Assembly: GCA_964478715.1 (NCBI GenBank)
Contig: CAYZIY010000005.1
Location: forward strand, 19,832 to 83,831
Source of the DNA: an uncultured Planctomycetales bacterium
GTDB lineage: Bacteria; Omnitrophota; Gorgyraeia; Zapsychrales; JBDRMG01
Reading direction: 5' to 3'
Length of the DNA stretch: 64,000 bases
Below are positions 28,330 through 37,732 of this stretch, piece by piece (positions within the stretch are counted from its first letter, which is position 1; each line of letters begins with the position of its first letter). The notes beneath the pieces were generated by a model. The model did no database searches, had not been told where the DNA came from, and worked only from the letters and a program-made list of their open reading frames with translations. The position numbers and the translations under genes are program-made.

Positions 28330-29032
28330 CGGTCGCGCCAAAGACAAGCTGAGAAAAATTAAGATCACCAAGCCGTATTCCAAATATGCCGAGGGTTCTT
28401 GTCTGATCGAGTTTGGAGATACTCGTGTGATTTGTACGGCGACATGCGAAGAGAATGTACCGCCATTTCTAAGAAATACACAAACAGGATGGGTAACAGC
28501 TGAATACGGGATGCTTCCGCGGTCCTGTGAGAGCCGGATTTTGCGCGATAAAGTATCGGGTCGCCGTTTTGAGATTCAAAGATTAATCGGGCGTTCTCTG
28601 CGTAGTGTCGTTAATATGGATATCATGGGAGAGCGGACCATAAAATTGGATTGTGATGTCATTCAGGCGGACGGGGGAACCCGTACTGCTTCAATAACCG
28701 GCGCATTTATTGCTTTGGCCGATGCCTTTCTGAAAATAAAAAATCAAAACTTGATTCAGCATATGCCTTTGACGGATTATGTGGCCGCTGTCAGCGTTGG
28801 AAGCATTGAGGGTCAGTTGCTTTTAGATCTTGATTACGCCGAGGACAGCCGGGCTGATACGGATATGAACGTAGTAATGCTTAGAAGCGGAAAATATATC
28901 GAGGTTCAAGGGACTTCCGAAGGGAAACCTTTTTCCAAAAATGATATGGACGGCATGATGGAATTGGCCTCTAAAGGAATCGGCGAATTGATTCAACTGC
29001 AGAAAAAAGCATTAAAGGATTTGAGTTTGTAA
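28313..29032 (+). CDS. rph: Ribonuclease PH
   Basis: [35 protein letters not shown]. Confidence 0.95.
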   Translation: MMIRPSGRAKDKLRKIKITKPYSKYAEGSCLIEFGDTRVICTATCEENVPPFLRNTQTGWVTAEYGMLPRSCESRILRDKVSGRRFEIQRLIGRSLRSVVNMDIMGERTIKLDCDVIQADGGTRTASITGAFIALADAFLKIKNQNLIQHMPLTDYVAAVSVGSIEGQLLLDLDYAEDSRADTDMNVVMLRSGKYIEVQGTSEGKPFSKNDMDGMMELASKGIGELIQLQKKALKDLSL

Positions 29033-29641
29033 ATGAAGGAATTGATTGTTGCCACTCGCAATAAAAAGAAACTTAAAGAAATCAAAGAGCTGCTTACGGA
29101 TTGTGATTGTAAAGTGACTTCAATCATGGATTATCCCCTAATGCCGACTATCGAAGAAAACGGAAATACATTTGTGGAAAATGCCATCAAAAAAGCGGCG
29201 ACCATTTCTCTTTATACCGGCAAATTGGTAATGGGGGAAGACTCGGGGCTGGAAGTCAAAGCTCTCCATAACGGGCCCGGAATTTATTCTGCTAGGTTTA
29301 GCGGTCCTCAAGCTACGGATAAGAAAAACAATGCCAAATTGCTGCGTCAACTTAGAAGTGTTCCCGTAAACCGGCGGCAGGCCCGTTATCGTTGCGCTGT
29401 TGCATTAACAGATAGAAAAGGAATTATCGATGTAGTTGAAGGCAGTTGCAGTGGACTTATTGCCCTTCGGCCCAAGGGGACCAATGGATTCGGTTACGAC
29501 CCCCTTTTCTATGTAAAACGTTATCAAAAAACTTTTGGCGAGATGGATCCGGCTATCAAAGCTAAAATCAGCCATCGCGCTCGTGCCCTCAAAAAATTCA
29601 AAAAGACTATTCAAAAATACCTTGCAAGGTATCCAGAATAA
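29033..29641 (+). CDS. rdgB: XTP/dITP diphosphatase (Ham1 family)
   Basis: ATRNKKK, EDSGL, PGIYSAR, GFGYDPLF, SHRARA. Confidence 0.95.
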   Translation: MKELIVATRNKKKLKEIKELLTDCDCKVTSIMDYPLMPTIEENGNTFVENAIKKAATISLYTGKLVMGEDSGLEVKALHNGPGIYSARFSGPQATDKKNNAKLLRQLRSVPVNRRQARYRCAVALTDRKGIIDVVEGSCSGLIALRPKGTNGFGYDPLFYVKRYQKTFGEMDPAIKAKISHRARALKKFKKTIQKYLARYPE

Positions 29642-32447
29642 AATCTCCCGTCTTTCTTAATACATTTACGGAATCCGGAACAACAAGATAGTGGGGGTCA
29701 TCCAGGCTTCCTGTTAATCGGATGGTCAGGTATTCATCGGTTTTGGTCAGGATTGTTGTGCTGAGTTTCTGCAAAGATTCAGAATTACGGATCACATTCT
29801 TATCAAAGAGAGAAAACAGATAGAAATTGAGTTTCTTATTGAAACCCAGCCACCCTCGGCAAATCATCGTCAGTGGTTTGCTTTTCAGCTCAAAGTCGTC
29901 CGTAAGAATCCGTTGATCCTTGATCACAAAATGACCTTCGGCCTCCTGAAAAACAATTCGACCATACTCAGGAATTAATAAAAATTTTCCAAAATCTTTG
30001 AGGAGATCTAATTCCCACAAATGACCGTTTGTAATCCGCAGAAATCCTTTTCCATTGGCTTGCTTTAGTTTCGTTAAAGGCCCGTTGAGAGAAAGATTTC
30101 CAGAAATCAGACCCCGTATGTTTTCATTACTCCAAATTGTATCTTTCTTCAATTTTTGTAAATCGATCTTTTCAAAATAGGCGGAAACGCTGGAATTTAA
30201 ATCAGAATCATCGAGTGCGGTCATCAGAGTGGTTTCAAAATTTCCTGCATAGAGTTGTCCTTTCAGGGTTGCTTCGTGGATAGTTTGATCAGATTGTGTA
30301 TATTGACCCTCAAGGTTACTGAAATGATAACCTGAGAGAGAAAAATCTTTGCTGGATATCTTTAAAGAGGCTGTCCAGTTTTTCAAGTTAGGATAGGAGC
30401 CTCTTAATGATCCATCAAGCAGAAATCGACCCTTTATTTCCTGTCTTTTCAACTGATTCTCTAAGTTGGGAAAAAGCAAAATAAGATCGGGAGAATTGAC
30501 GTCAAGACGCCCTTTAAGATCAAATTGAGGTTTCTTTTCTACCGGCAGTAGAAGATGTCCGCTGATAGAGAAATTAGAATCATAAAGATGTCCTTCGCAT
30601 TTTGTTATTTTAAAAGCCTGCTTGCGGAATTTAACCTCTGTTTGGAGCTGGCCGATTTCTGAGGTGAGGGTTGTCTGAAGGAAGGGCCAGTCAAAGTTTT
30701 TTAATGTTCCATTGGCTGTGAATTCATTTTCCGCAAAGGAACCCTGAAGATTGATCCAGGCCAGGGAGTCATTTCCATAAACAATCTGTCCGTTTATTTT
30801 TGTAATAGGTTTCGGCCAGTGGTTCATATTAAAGGACGCATCTTGCAAAAGAGCGCTGATCTTAAAATCAGACTTTCGTATTTCTCCGATATGGCTCAAC
30901 AATCCTTGATATGCAAAAACGGTATCGCCTTTTCCCGCAACGGACATCGGATACGTTTTAAAAATCTCAGGAAAAAGAACAGGAATTTTGGCCAAGTCAA
31001 TCAGACTTTTACCGCTGAAGATCAATGTCGGTTCAGTGGCGTCTTTGAGCTTTGCAATCCGTCCGTTGGTATCCAGAGCGATATCCTCATAGCGGAAGCT
31101 TACATCTTCCCAGGAGATTTCACCGTCTTCATAATAGATGGCACCGGTGATACTTTCAAGAGGGGCGGGTATTCGATCGGTTGTTAAGCGGGTTTGCGAA
31201 AGAGTTGTTCTTAGTTTTAAGGCGGAAGGATCGATCTTTCGTAATCGCCCCTGGTAATCGAGATTCATCTTGGCCGGACCTTCCATTTCAATAGCATATT
31301 CCTCAAACCATTCGGGAAAGAGACGGGTCAGCTGAGACAGATCAAATGAGGAAACAATGGAGGCATCAACCCTGGGATCGGCAAATTTTGTTAGCGTACC
31401 TGACAATTCCAGGCGGATATTATCGTGATATCCCGAAAGCCCCGACGTGCTTAAGAGGGGATCCTTAAAATCCAGGCGTCCCCGGATATCGCGAATTTCC
31501 TTTAGGCGCGCAAGACCGCTTAAGGAATCTTTTTGAAAGTCAATCGCCCCGCTTAATTTGATCGGATCATCTTTCCCGGGATGATAAGTCGCATCCAAGC
31601 TGATCAGGGGATTCCCTTGATATACATAATGGGCATCCAGAATGAACCGGCAGCGTCTTAAGTTGGAGCGGCTGGTTAAATTCCAGACACCTTTTTTGTG
31701 TGTTAAAATGCCGCTTGATTTTTCAACGATACCTTCGGGCATTTGAGCGGTTCTGAGATGGCCGTAAAGAGTCAGATATTTGGCCAGATCAAGAGCTTTG
31801 AGATTAAAATCCGTATAAAGTGATTGCGAAGAATAATTATAGGTTCCTTTTGCGATGATGGAAGGGAAGCCAATGCTTTGCGGATAAGCCTCAATCGAAA
31901 ATTTAATATTGTTTTTAAGAAACAACGAAGCATTGAATTTCACGTTTTGCAAAAGTTCGGAAAAGGCGGGCTGTAAGGATTCGTCAGTGATTTGGATGCT
32001 CGATTCTTCAATGGAAAGAGAACCAATGATGATTGAAGATTCAATAAGTTTCTGATTATCCGAAGTTAACAGATCGTCGAAATTCCACTTTTCATTTTTA
32101 TCTTTATGGAGATAAAGGTAAAGCTTTTTTATCTTAAGAGAAGGAATAATAAATTTCCTTTCTTTCAAGATTTTTAAATACAGGATATTAAAGGATAATT
32201 CATCGATATAACAATTTGAGTGCTGGGGATCGCTTTGATCGCTGATAGTTATTTGCTTAACAGTGAATCCTGTTAAAGGATTGAACTCAATGTGACCGAT
32301 AGCTACCTTTCTATTGAGGATTTCCTGGGTTTTGTCTGTGGCGAATTCTCTTAGTTTTTGGGGTACAATTGTCTGGTTGGCCATAAAGAGAAATATGGCC
32401 AGAGCGACAATGAGAGGGACAAAAGATTTACGAAGAAGTCGTTTCAT
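29607..32447 (-). CDS. AsmA-like (DUF748/AsmA_2) large beta-rich envelope protein
   Basis: N-terminal TM anchor, KWNFDDL, repeated beta-taco-like segments, C-terminal IRLTGSLDDP. Confidence 0.75.
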   Translation of the reverse strand: MKRLLRKSFVPLIVALAIFLFMANQTIVPQKLREFATDKTQEILNRKVAIGHIEFNPLTGFTVKQITISDQSDPQHSNCYIDELSFNILYLKILKERKFIIPSLKIKKLYLYLHKDKNEKWNFDDLLTSDNQKLIESSIIIGSLSIEESSIQITDESLQPAFSELLQNVKFNASLFLKNNIKFSIEAYPQSIGFPSIIAKGTYNYSSQSLYTDFNLKALDLAKYLTLYGHLRTAQMPEGIVEKSSGILTHKKGVWNLTSRSNLRRCRFILDAHYVYQGNPLISLDATYHPGKDDPIKLSGAIDFQKDSLSGLARLKEIRDIRGRLDFKDPLLSTSGLSGYHDNIRLELSGTLTKFADPRVDASIVSSFDLSQLTRLFPEWFEEYAIEMEGPAKMNLDYQGRLRKIDPSALKLRTTLSQTRLTTDRIPAPLESITGAIYYEDGEISWEDVSFRYEDIALDTNGRIAKLKDATEPTLIFSGKSLIDLAKIPVLFPEIFKTYPMSVAGKGDTVFAYQGLLSHIGEIRKSDFKISALLQDASFNMNHWPKPITKINGQIVYGNDSLAWINLQGSFAENEFTANGTLKNFDWPFLQTTLTSEIGQLQTEVKFRKQAFKITKCEGHLYDSNFSISGHLLLPVEKKPQFDLKGRLDVNSPDLILLFPNLENQLKRQEIKGRFLLDGSLRGSYPNLKNWTASLKISSKDFSLSGYHFSNLEGQYTQSDQTIHEATLKGQLYAGNFETTLMTALDDSDLNSSVSAYFEKIDLQKLKKDTIWSNENIRGLISGNLSLNGPLTKLKQANGKGFLRITNGHLWELDLLKDFGKFLLIPEYGRIVFQEAEGHFVIKDQRILTDDFELKSKPLTMICRGWLGFNKKLNFYLFSLFDKNVIRNSESLQKLSTTILTKTDEYLTIRLTGSLDDPHYLVVPDSVNVLRKTGDFILDTLQGIFE

Positions 32448-32500
32448 AAAACAATATTATATAACAGTTTCGAAAGCAAAAGACAAGGTCATCTTTCAAT

Positions 32501-32529
32501 TTGCACAGGATAGATGCGCGTGATATACT
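32501..32529 (+). promoter_or_regulatory. Sigma70 promoter of the tRNA-Pro locus
   Basis: TTGCAC-17 bp-TATACT, 12 nt before the duplicated tRNA 5' end. Confidence 0.7.
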
Positions 32530-32541
32530 AATCGATTAATT

Positions 32542-32719
32542 CGGGGCGTAGCGCATTTATCCCGAGCCACACCGGAGGTGGGGCGAGGGAGATTGGCCCT
32601 ATTCTTTGAAGCTTTGTTCCCTTGCGACTAGAATCAATAAATTGTCGCTCGGGATAAATTCCGTCCGCAAACTTATTTTCACTCGCTTTTGCTCGCTCCA
32701 TAAGTTTGGGCGTTATTCA
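32542..32719. mobile_element. Candidate non-coding palindromic insertion at the tRNA-Pro 5' end (14-bp direct repeat)
   Basis: CGGGGCGTAGCGCA at 32542-32555 and 32720-32733; 13-bp IR 32555-32567/32647-32659; 9-bp IR 32668-32676/32700-32708. Confidence 0.6.
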
Positions 32720-32794
32720 CGGGGCGTAGCGCAGCTTGGCTAGCGCGTCTGCTTTGGGAGCAGAAGGTCCTGGGTTCAAATCCCAGCGCCCCGA
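32720..32794 (+). tRNA. tRNA-Pro(TGG), CCA not encoded
   Basis: Acceptor CGGGGCG/CGCCCCG, anticodon arm TCTGC-TTTGGGA-GCAGA, T arm CTGGG-TTCAAAT-CCCAG. Confidence 0.97.
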
Positions 32795-32846
32795 TTTTTT
32801 TGTTATTTTGACGCTGCTTTATTTCCCTAATATTTCTTTTCGAATT

Positions 32847-33416
32847 CTAACGAGTTAACTGAAATGTGTTAACAATCTCAGCAATTTTTCTTATCCATTT
32901 TTTGTCCCAGTTACTGAACCACTGATAAGTGATGATGTGATAATCTTTGACATGAGGCAGGATAATCGAGTTGGAATGCCTTGTGACGTCACCTTTTTGT
33001 GCTTTGACAACAAGACGAGTGGCGCGGTAATTTGCAAATATAGCTCCTTTTGTTTCAAAGTTAAATTGACGATAACCCTCTTTTTCAAATTCTCTTTTTA
33101 GATCCCGCACTTTTTTGGAAATTATGCTTCTTAGCTGAAAACCTTCTGGGACAATATCATTCATAAAGGCGTACATTTCAATTTCAACTAGGAGTTGGCG
33201 GCTTTGAGGGTGATGAAAGGTGTAGACGGTTTTCTCTATTTTCATTGACGAGCGATCGACTTCGCTGGTGATTTTCCAGTTTGAGGGATACTCAATCTCA
33301 AAGGTGGCTTCCTGAAGGGTTTCGCGTTCTTTGGAAATCGTCAGATTCGCAGGCTCTTTGGAGCACCCGGTGATCAGCAGGAATAATATAATGCAACAGG
33401 AGAATTTCATTTCCAT
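32847..33416 (-). CDS. Hypothetical lipoprotein, PsbP/DcrB-like fold
   Basis: Lipobox LITGC, FEIEYPSNW, C-terminal IVNTFQL; start 33416 sits 7 nt after a -10 box. Confidence 0.6.
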   Translation of the reverse strand: MEMKFSCCIILFLLITGCSKEPANLTISKERETLQEATFEIEYPSNWKITSEVDRSSMKIEKTVYTFHHPQSRQLLVEIEMYAFMNDIVPEGFQLRSIISKKVRDLKREFEKEGYRQFNFETKGAIFANYRATRLVVKAQKGDVTRHSNSIILPHVKDYHIITYQWFSNWDKKWIRKIAEIVNTFQLTR

Positions 33417-33513
33417 TATTCTTATTTTATGACCGCAGGAAGACGATTTCAATGAAGAACTCTGATATTTGCTTGTCATCTTAAAGATCAGAGGTTAAAA
33501 TAAGGCTGCCCTT

Positions 33514-33945
33514 GTGATGAATATGAAAAAAAAGCGCAAAGTTCTCATTATCGATGATGATCCGGAGATAATCGAAAAAATCCAAAAATGGCTTTTTTCG
33601 TCTCATTACGATGTTATGAGCGCTCTTAATGCTTCCGTCGGCATAGAACGAGCCAAGAAAAACAAGCCCGATTTAATCCTCTGCGATTTAATGCTTCCTG
33701 ATCAAGGCGGTGTGGATGTGGCTAAACTTTTGAGAGCCGATGTCGAAACACAAAATATCCCCGTTGTTTTTGTTACTGTCACAATGGGTGTTGAACTGGA
33801 CAAAGGAGATGAGACAATAGAGATTGACGGCTGGCTGTATCGAATTTTCGCCAAACCTCTCCATTCCCGAAAATTGCTTAGTGAAATTCGCAAATCTATC
33901 AATAGAAAAATTCATAAGAATATTTCACGGATTCAGGGAAGTTAA
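33514..33945 (+). CDS. Single-domain response regulator
   Basis: LIIDDD, PDLILCDLMLP, IPVVFVT, AKP. Confidence 0.88.
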   Translation: MMNMKKKRKVLIIDDDPEIIEKIQKWLFSSHYDVMSALNASVGIERAKKNKPDLILCDLMLPDQGGVDVAKLLRADVETQNIPVVFVTVTMGVELDKGDETIEIDGWLYRIFAKPLHSRKLLSEIRKSINRKIHKNISRIQGS

Positions 33946-33967
33946 TCAAAACAATGAAGGGGTAATT

Positions 33968-34846
33968 ATGGGAAAGAAGATTTTAGTCGTTGATGACGAG
34001 CAGGATCTTTTAATGATGGTGGAGACGCGGCTTTCGGCCAACGGCTATGAGGTTGTTACTGCCGAAAACGGTCTTCAGGGGCTTGAGAAAGTATCACAAG
34101 CAAAGCCCGATCTGATCATTTCCGATGTTTTGATGCCGGAAATGGACGGCTTCGCTTTTTATAAAGAATTGAAAAACAAAGAAGAAACCAAGAGCATTCC
34201 GGTTTTGATTTTAACGGCCCGCGGAAAGATGCGCGATACGTTTATGACTATCGGGGTCGATGATTTTTTGGCTAAACCTTTTCAGCCGGAAGAATTGCTG
34301 GGCAAAGTCAGCGCTCTTCTTAGTCTCAGTGCTGCTGAGGTAACTCAGGCCCAGGAGTCTGCCTCGGTTTCTAAGGATAATCAATCCGAGAAACCTGCCG
34401 AAAAAAGAGAAGAAAAACCGGTGGCTCCGTCGGCTTCCGAAATTTTTAAAATTCTTATTGTAGCCAGCACTCCGGAGATTGCCCAGAGAGTGACAAAGCA
34501 GCTTAGCGAGAAGAACTGTGAGATTCAGTCCGTGACCAAGGGGGGGGAGGCCTCTGCCAAGGCACAAGAAATCAGTCCGAATCTTATTCTGATGGAAGTC
34601 CATCTGGATGATCAGCCCGCCAAGAACGCTATTGCCAAAATCCGGCGGGTGATGGCCTTAAAGAAGACACCCATTGCGCTTTTCAGCTATTTAGATAAAA
34701 CGCAAAACAATGGAGAATCTATTCATCAAAAGCAAATCCAAATCGACGGTGAAAGAAAGACTGCTTTGGATGCCGGGGGTACAGAATTTTTGGGATGTCT
34801 TAATGAGGTCTCTTTTGCAAAAGGTCTAAGAAAATATCTCCCTTAG
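33968..34846 (+). CDS. Response regulator with one canonical and one degenerate REC domain
   Basis: ILVVDDE, SDVLMPEMDG, LAKPF; second REC has LILMEVHL (Asp to Glu); RBS before ATG 33968. Confidence 0.85.
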   Translation: MGKKILVVDDEQDLLMMVETRLSANGYEVVTAENGLQGLEKVSQAKPDLIISDVLMPEMDGFAFYKELKNKEETKSIPVLILTARGKMRDTFMTIGVDDFLAKPFQPEELLGKVSALLSLSAAEVTQAQESASVSKDNQSEKPAEKREEKPVAPSASEIFKILIVASTPEIAQRVTKQLSEKNCEIQSVTKGGEASAKAQEISPNLILMEVHLDDQPAKNAIAKIRRVMALKKTPIALFSYLDKTQNNGESIHQKQIQIDGERKTALDAGGTEFLGCLNEVSFAKGLRKYLP

Positions 34847-34886
34847 GTTTTATGTAAGACGCTTTGTCCTGCCTTAAAAAAATCCA

Positions 34887-34915
34887 TTGAAAACCACACA
34901 TATGTGTGGTATTAT
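34887..34915 (+). promoter_or_regulatory. Sigma70 promoter with a perfect 18-bp palindromic operator in its spacer
   Basis: TTGAAA 34887-34892, ACCACACATATGTGTGGT 34893-34910, TATTAT 34910-34915. Confidence 0.75.
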
Positions 34916-34962
34916 TCCTCTACCCCTGAAGAGTCTTTTTTAACATAGGAGGAGAGGATCGT

Positions 34963-35250
34963 ATGTTTTCCCGCAATGCCCGCTGGGATCGGCATCTTCC
35001 CCATGAAAGCCATCACGAAAAATCCATTGAAGTCGGCGTCATTTTCAAAAACGGGAAACTCTATCCGCGCTGGTTTATCTGGCAAAGTCGCAAGTACATC
35101 ATCAAGGAAGTGACCTATGAATGGAAAGACAAAAAGGGTGATGAGATATTGCATTGCTTTTCTGTCAGCGATGGAGCCAACCTCTATCATATTCATTTCA
35201 ATCATAAATGGGTTCACTGGAGGCTTAAGAAGATATGTCCGATCGAGTGA
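34963..35250 (+). CDS. Small protein coupled to dinB (DUF6504-like)
   Basis: PRWFIW..RKY.I.EV...W...FSV.DG..Y.....WRL pattern; RBS AGGAG; overlaps the dinB start. Confidence 0.65.
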   Translation: MFSRNARWDRHLPHESHHEKSIEVGVIFKNGKLYPRWFIWQSRKYIIKEVTYEWKDKKGDEILHCFSVSDGANLYHIHFNHKWVHWRLKKICPIE

Positions 35251-36407
35251 TGCATATCGATATGGATGCGTTTTTTGCCTCTATTGAACAGCAGGTTAAT
35301 CCGGCCTTGCGCGGCAAACCGGTGGTGGTGGGAGGCCGCAACAATAAATATCGTTCCATTATTTGCGCAGCCTCTTATGAGGCCAAGGCGCTGGGGATCA
35401 ATTCAACGATGCCATCCTGGAAGGCATTTCGAATTTGTCCTGAGGTTGTCTTTGTTCCTGCGGATACCGCCAAATATCTTTATACGTCTGAGGAAATTTT
35501 CTATCTTTTGGAAGAATTCAGCCCGAGAGTGGAAGCCTATTCGGTGGATGAGTTTTTTGTCGACATCATGCACTGTGAACGATTTTTTAAATCAGAGAAA
35601 GAGATGGGCCAAAAGATCAAAGAGCGTATTAAAGAACGCTTTGGCATTACCTGCTCGGTCGGCATTGCTCCGACGAGAATAACCGCCAAATTGGCCGCCA
35701 AGCTGGGAAAGCCGGATGGGCTTGTCTCGCTTGATTATGCAAAAGCCAAAGAGGTTTTGAAATCTCTTTCTGTTGAAAAAATATGCGGTATCGGACCGCG
35801 GTTAAAACGGCGATTTTCTTCACTTGGCATTGAAACATGCGGGCAGCTTGCAGAATATCCGGATGCGGTCCTTAAAGAGCATTTTGGGGTAGTTGGGCTT
35901 TGGCTGAAATCATCCTGCCTGATAGAAGATACGGTAAGTTGCTCGTATTTCCAAAAAGCGCCTGATACCCCCAAGTCGGTGGGGCATTCACAAACTTTAA
36001 AAAGAGCTTGTGCCGATCAGGAATATATCAAAAACTGGATGTATCTTCTCTCTGAAATGATTGCCGGGCGTCTGAGGCATTTGCAAAGGCAGGGGCGCAC
36101 CATATTTTTTTATTTCAGTTCAGATTTCCATCAGGGGTGCGCCCGTCAAAAAACATTTCAGGAACCCACCTATGATGGCTATGAGATTTATCAAAGAGTC
36201 CTCAAAGTTCTTCAAGAAATGAATGTTAATGAGCTGATCGTGCGCGTTTTGGGAATCAATGTCTCGAATCTGTGTGAGGCCAACAATCGCTATCTTTTTC
36301 AAAGGCAGAAAAAAAGGGAAAGGCTGCTTCAGGAGATCGATCACATTAATGATCGCTTCGGATCTTGGACCATCTGCCCGGCTGCACTCAAAAATGCGGA
36401 GCATTAA
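35235..36407 (+). CDS. dinB: Y-family DNA polymerase IV
   Basis: HIDMDAFFASIE, AASYEAK, YSVDE, KLAAKLGKPDG, KSVGHSQT. Confidence 0.93.
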   Translation: MSDRVMHIDMDAFFASIEQQVNPALRGKPVVVGGRNNKYRSIICAASYEAKALGINSTMPSWKAFRICPEVVFVPADTAKYLYTSEEIFYLLEEFSPRVEAYSVDEFFVDIMHCERFFKSEKEMGQKIKERIKERFGITCSVGIAPTRITAKLAAKLGKPDGLVSLDYAKAKEVLKSLSVEKICGIGPRLKRRFSSLGIETCGQLAEYPDAVLKEHFGVVGLWLKSSCLIEDTVSCSYFQKAPDTPKSVGHSQTLKRACADQEYIKNWMYLLSEMIAGRLRHLQRQGRTIFFYFSSDFHQGCARQKTFQEPTYDGYEIYQRVLKVLQEMNVNELIVRVLGINVSNLCEANNRYLFQRQKKRERLLQEIDHINDRFGSWTICPAALKNAEH

Positions 36408-36428
36408 TTTTGCAAGCCATATTCCTTC

Positions 36429-36457
36429 TTGCCCAAAAGGACAACACGCATTATGAT
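36429..36457 (+). promoter_or_regulatory. Promoter for a probably leaderless SRAP gene
   Basis: TTGCCC-17 bp-TATGAT, ATG 6 nt downstream. Confidence 0.55.
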
Positions 36458-36463
36458 AAGGCC

Positions 36464-37123
36464 ATGTGTGGACGGATCACATTCACAGAAACAGACGGAG
36501 GGCAGCTTAAGGAGCGGTTCCAACTCAAAAAACTGCCTGAAAATCTTCAACCTCGGTATAATATTGCTCCGTCTCAAAATATTCCTGCGATTCTAAACAC
36601 ATTTCCTAACGAGTTAAAAATGGTTCGTTGGGGTCTTATTCCCAGTTGGGCTGAGGATGAAAAGCTAAGTTTTAAAATGATCAATGCCCGCGCCGAGACC
36701 ATTTTTGACAAGCCTGCTTATCGGAGTGCGATTCGCAGGCGCCGCTGTCTGATTCTTGCCGATTCATTTTTCGAATGGCAAAAGACAAATGGAAAAAAAC
36801 AGCCTTACCGCATTATCCTTAAAGATCAAAATCTTTTTGCCCTGGCCGGCATTTGGGATGTCTGGAAAAAAAACGGTCAGGACATTCCCACCTGTTCTAT
36901 TATTACCACCTCTCCCAATACTTTTATGCGCGAATTTCACGATCGTATGCCGGTGATTCTTGAGAAAGACAAAGAGCGGGAATGGTTAAGCGACATGGCC
37001 CCCAATGGTATTGCGGAATTCCTTAAGCCCTACCGATTTGATAACTTGCAAGCTTATCAAGTTGGCCTGGCAGTCAATTCTCCGGCCATAGATACGCCGG
37101 ATGTGATCCGCCTCCTTGAATGA
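36464..37123 (+). CDS. SOS response-associated peptidase (SRAP/YedK, abasic-site protection)
   Basis: N-terminal MCGR (catalytic Cys2), RYNIAPSQ, WGLIP, INARAET, FFEW, HDRMPVIL. Confidence 0.93.
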   Translation: MCGRITFTETDGGQLKERFQLKKLPENLQPRYNIAPSQNIPAILNTFPNELKMVRWGLIPSWAEDEKLSFKMINARAETIFDKPAYRSAIRRRRCLILADSFFEWQKTNGKKQPYRIILKDQNLFALAGIWDVWKKNGQDIPTCSIITTSPNTFMREFHDRMPVILEKDKEREWLSDMAPNGIAEFLKPYRFDNLQAYQVGLAVNSPAIDTPDVIRLLE

Positions 37124-37213
37124 ATTTTGTGTAACCCCAAAATGAATTTTGTTTGACATATTAGGGATTGTCCTGTAAAAGGGATATACATTAAGTTTTG
37201 CAGGGAGAAAGAT

Positions 37214-37714
37214 ATGGCAGAAGAAACGCGTTTTGAGCTGGATGACCTATTGTTTATCGCAATGAAGATCGAGAAAAACGGTCAGAAGTATTACCAGACT
37301 CTTTTCCGCAAAACCTCTCATCCGAAGGCAAAGAAATTCTTCCAGCAGCTGGCCCAGGACGAGACCCGCCACGAAAAGGATTTCCTTAAAATATATGATG
37401 AACTGAAGAAAACCCTTCACGATTTCTCCTGTCATTTTCTTGAGAAGATTCCCGTCCTTGTAAAAGTCGCTGATCAAACAGTCTACACGGATAGAAAAAT
37501 GAATGAGATTTTGCGCGGGGCTTTAGACAATCAAGCTCTGGTTGATCTGGCTCTCGAAGCTGAAGATGACAGCGTGCGCTTCTATGAAGAAATGAAAAAT
37601 CTCGTTGACCAGGCTTACAAAGACGTCCTGGATCAGATTATTAATGAAGAGCTGGGACACAAAGAAAAGCTTCTTGAGTTAAGAGAAGAAGCGAATCTCA
37701 ATCTAACCCATTGA
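37214..37714 (+). CDS. Rubrerythrin/ferritin-like di-iron protein
   Basis: AMKIE, QDETRH, ALEAE, EELGH. Confidence 0.85.
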   Translation: MAEETRFELDDLLFIAMKIEKNGQKYYQTLFRKTSHPKAKKFFQQLAQDETRHEKDFLKIYDELKKTLHDFSCHFLEKIPVLVKVADQTVYTDRKMNEILRGALDNQALVDLALEAEDDSVRFYEEMKNLVDQAYKDVLDQIINEELGHKEKLLELREEANLNLTH

Positions 37715-37732
37715 CCCAAAGGAGGTCACGCA

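Noticed and set aside
29607-29641. Convergent 3' overlaps (rdgB/AsmA-like 35 nt; crtI/ispH 26 nt)
   Set aside because: Common in compact genomes; no evidence of function
32542-32794. Group I intron in tRNA-Pro
   Set aside because: The downstream tRNA is already complete, the insert is short, it is not in the anticodon loop, and I could not recognise P7 core motifs
33824-33967. Long N-terminal extensions in the ORF track (33824, 36365, 17007, 28247, 43998+, 22676)
   Set aside because: Downstream ATGs fit RBS or promoter position and family N-termini better; SRAP must start MCGR
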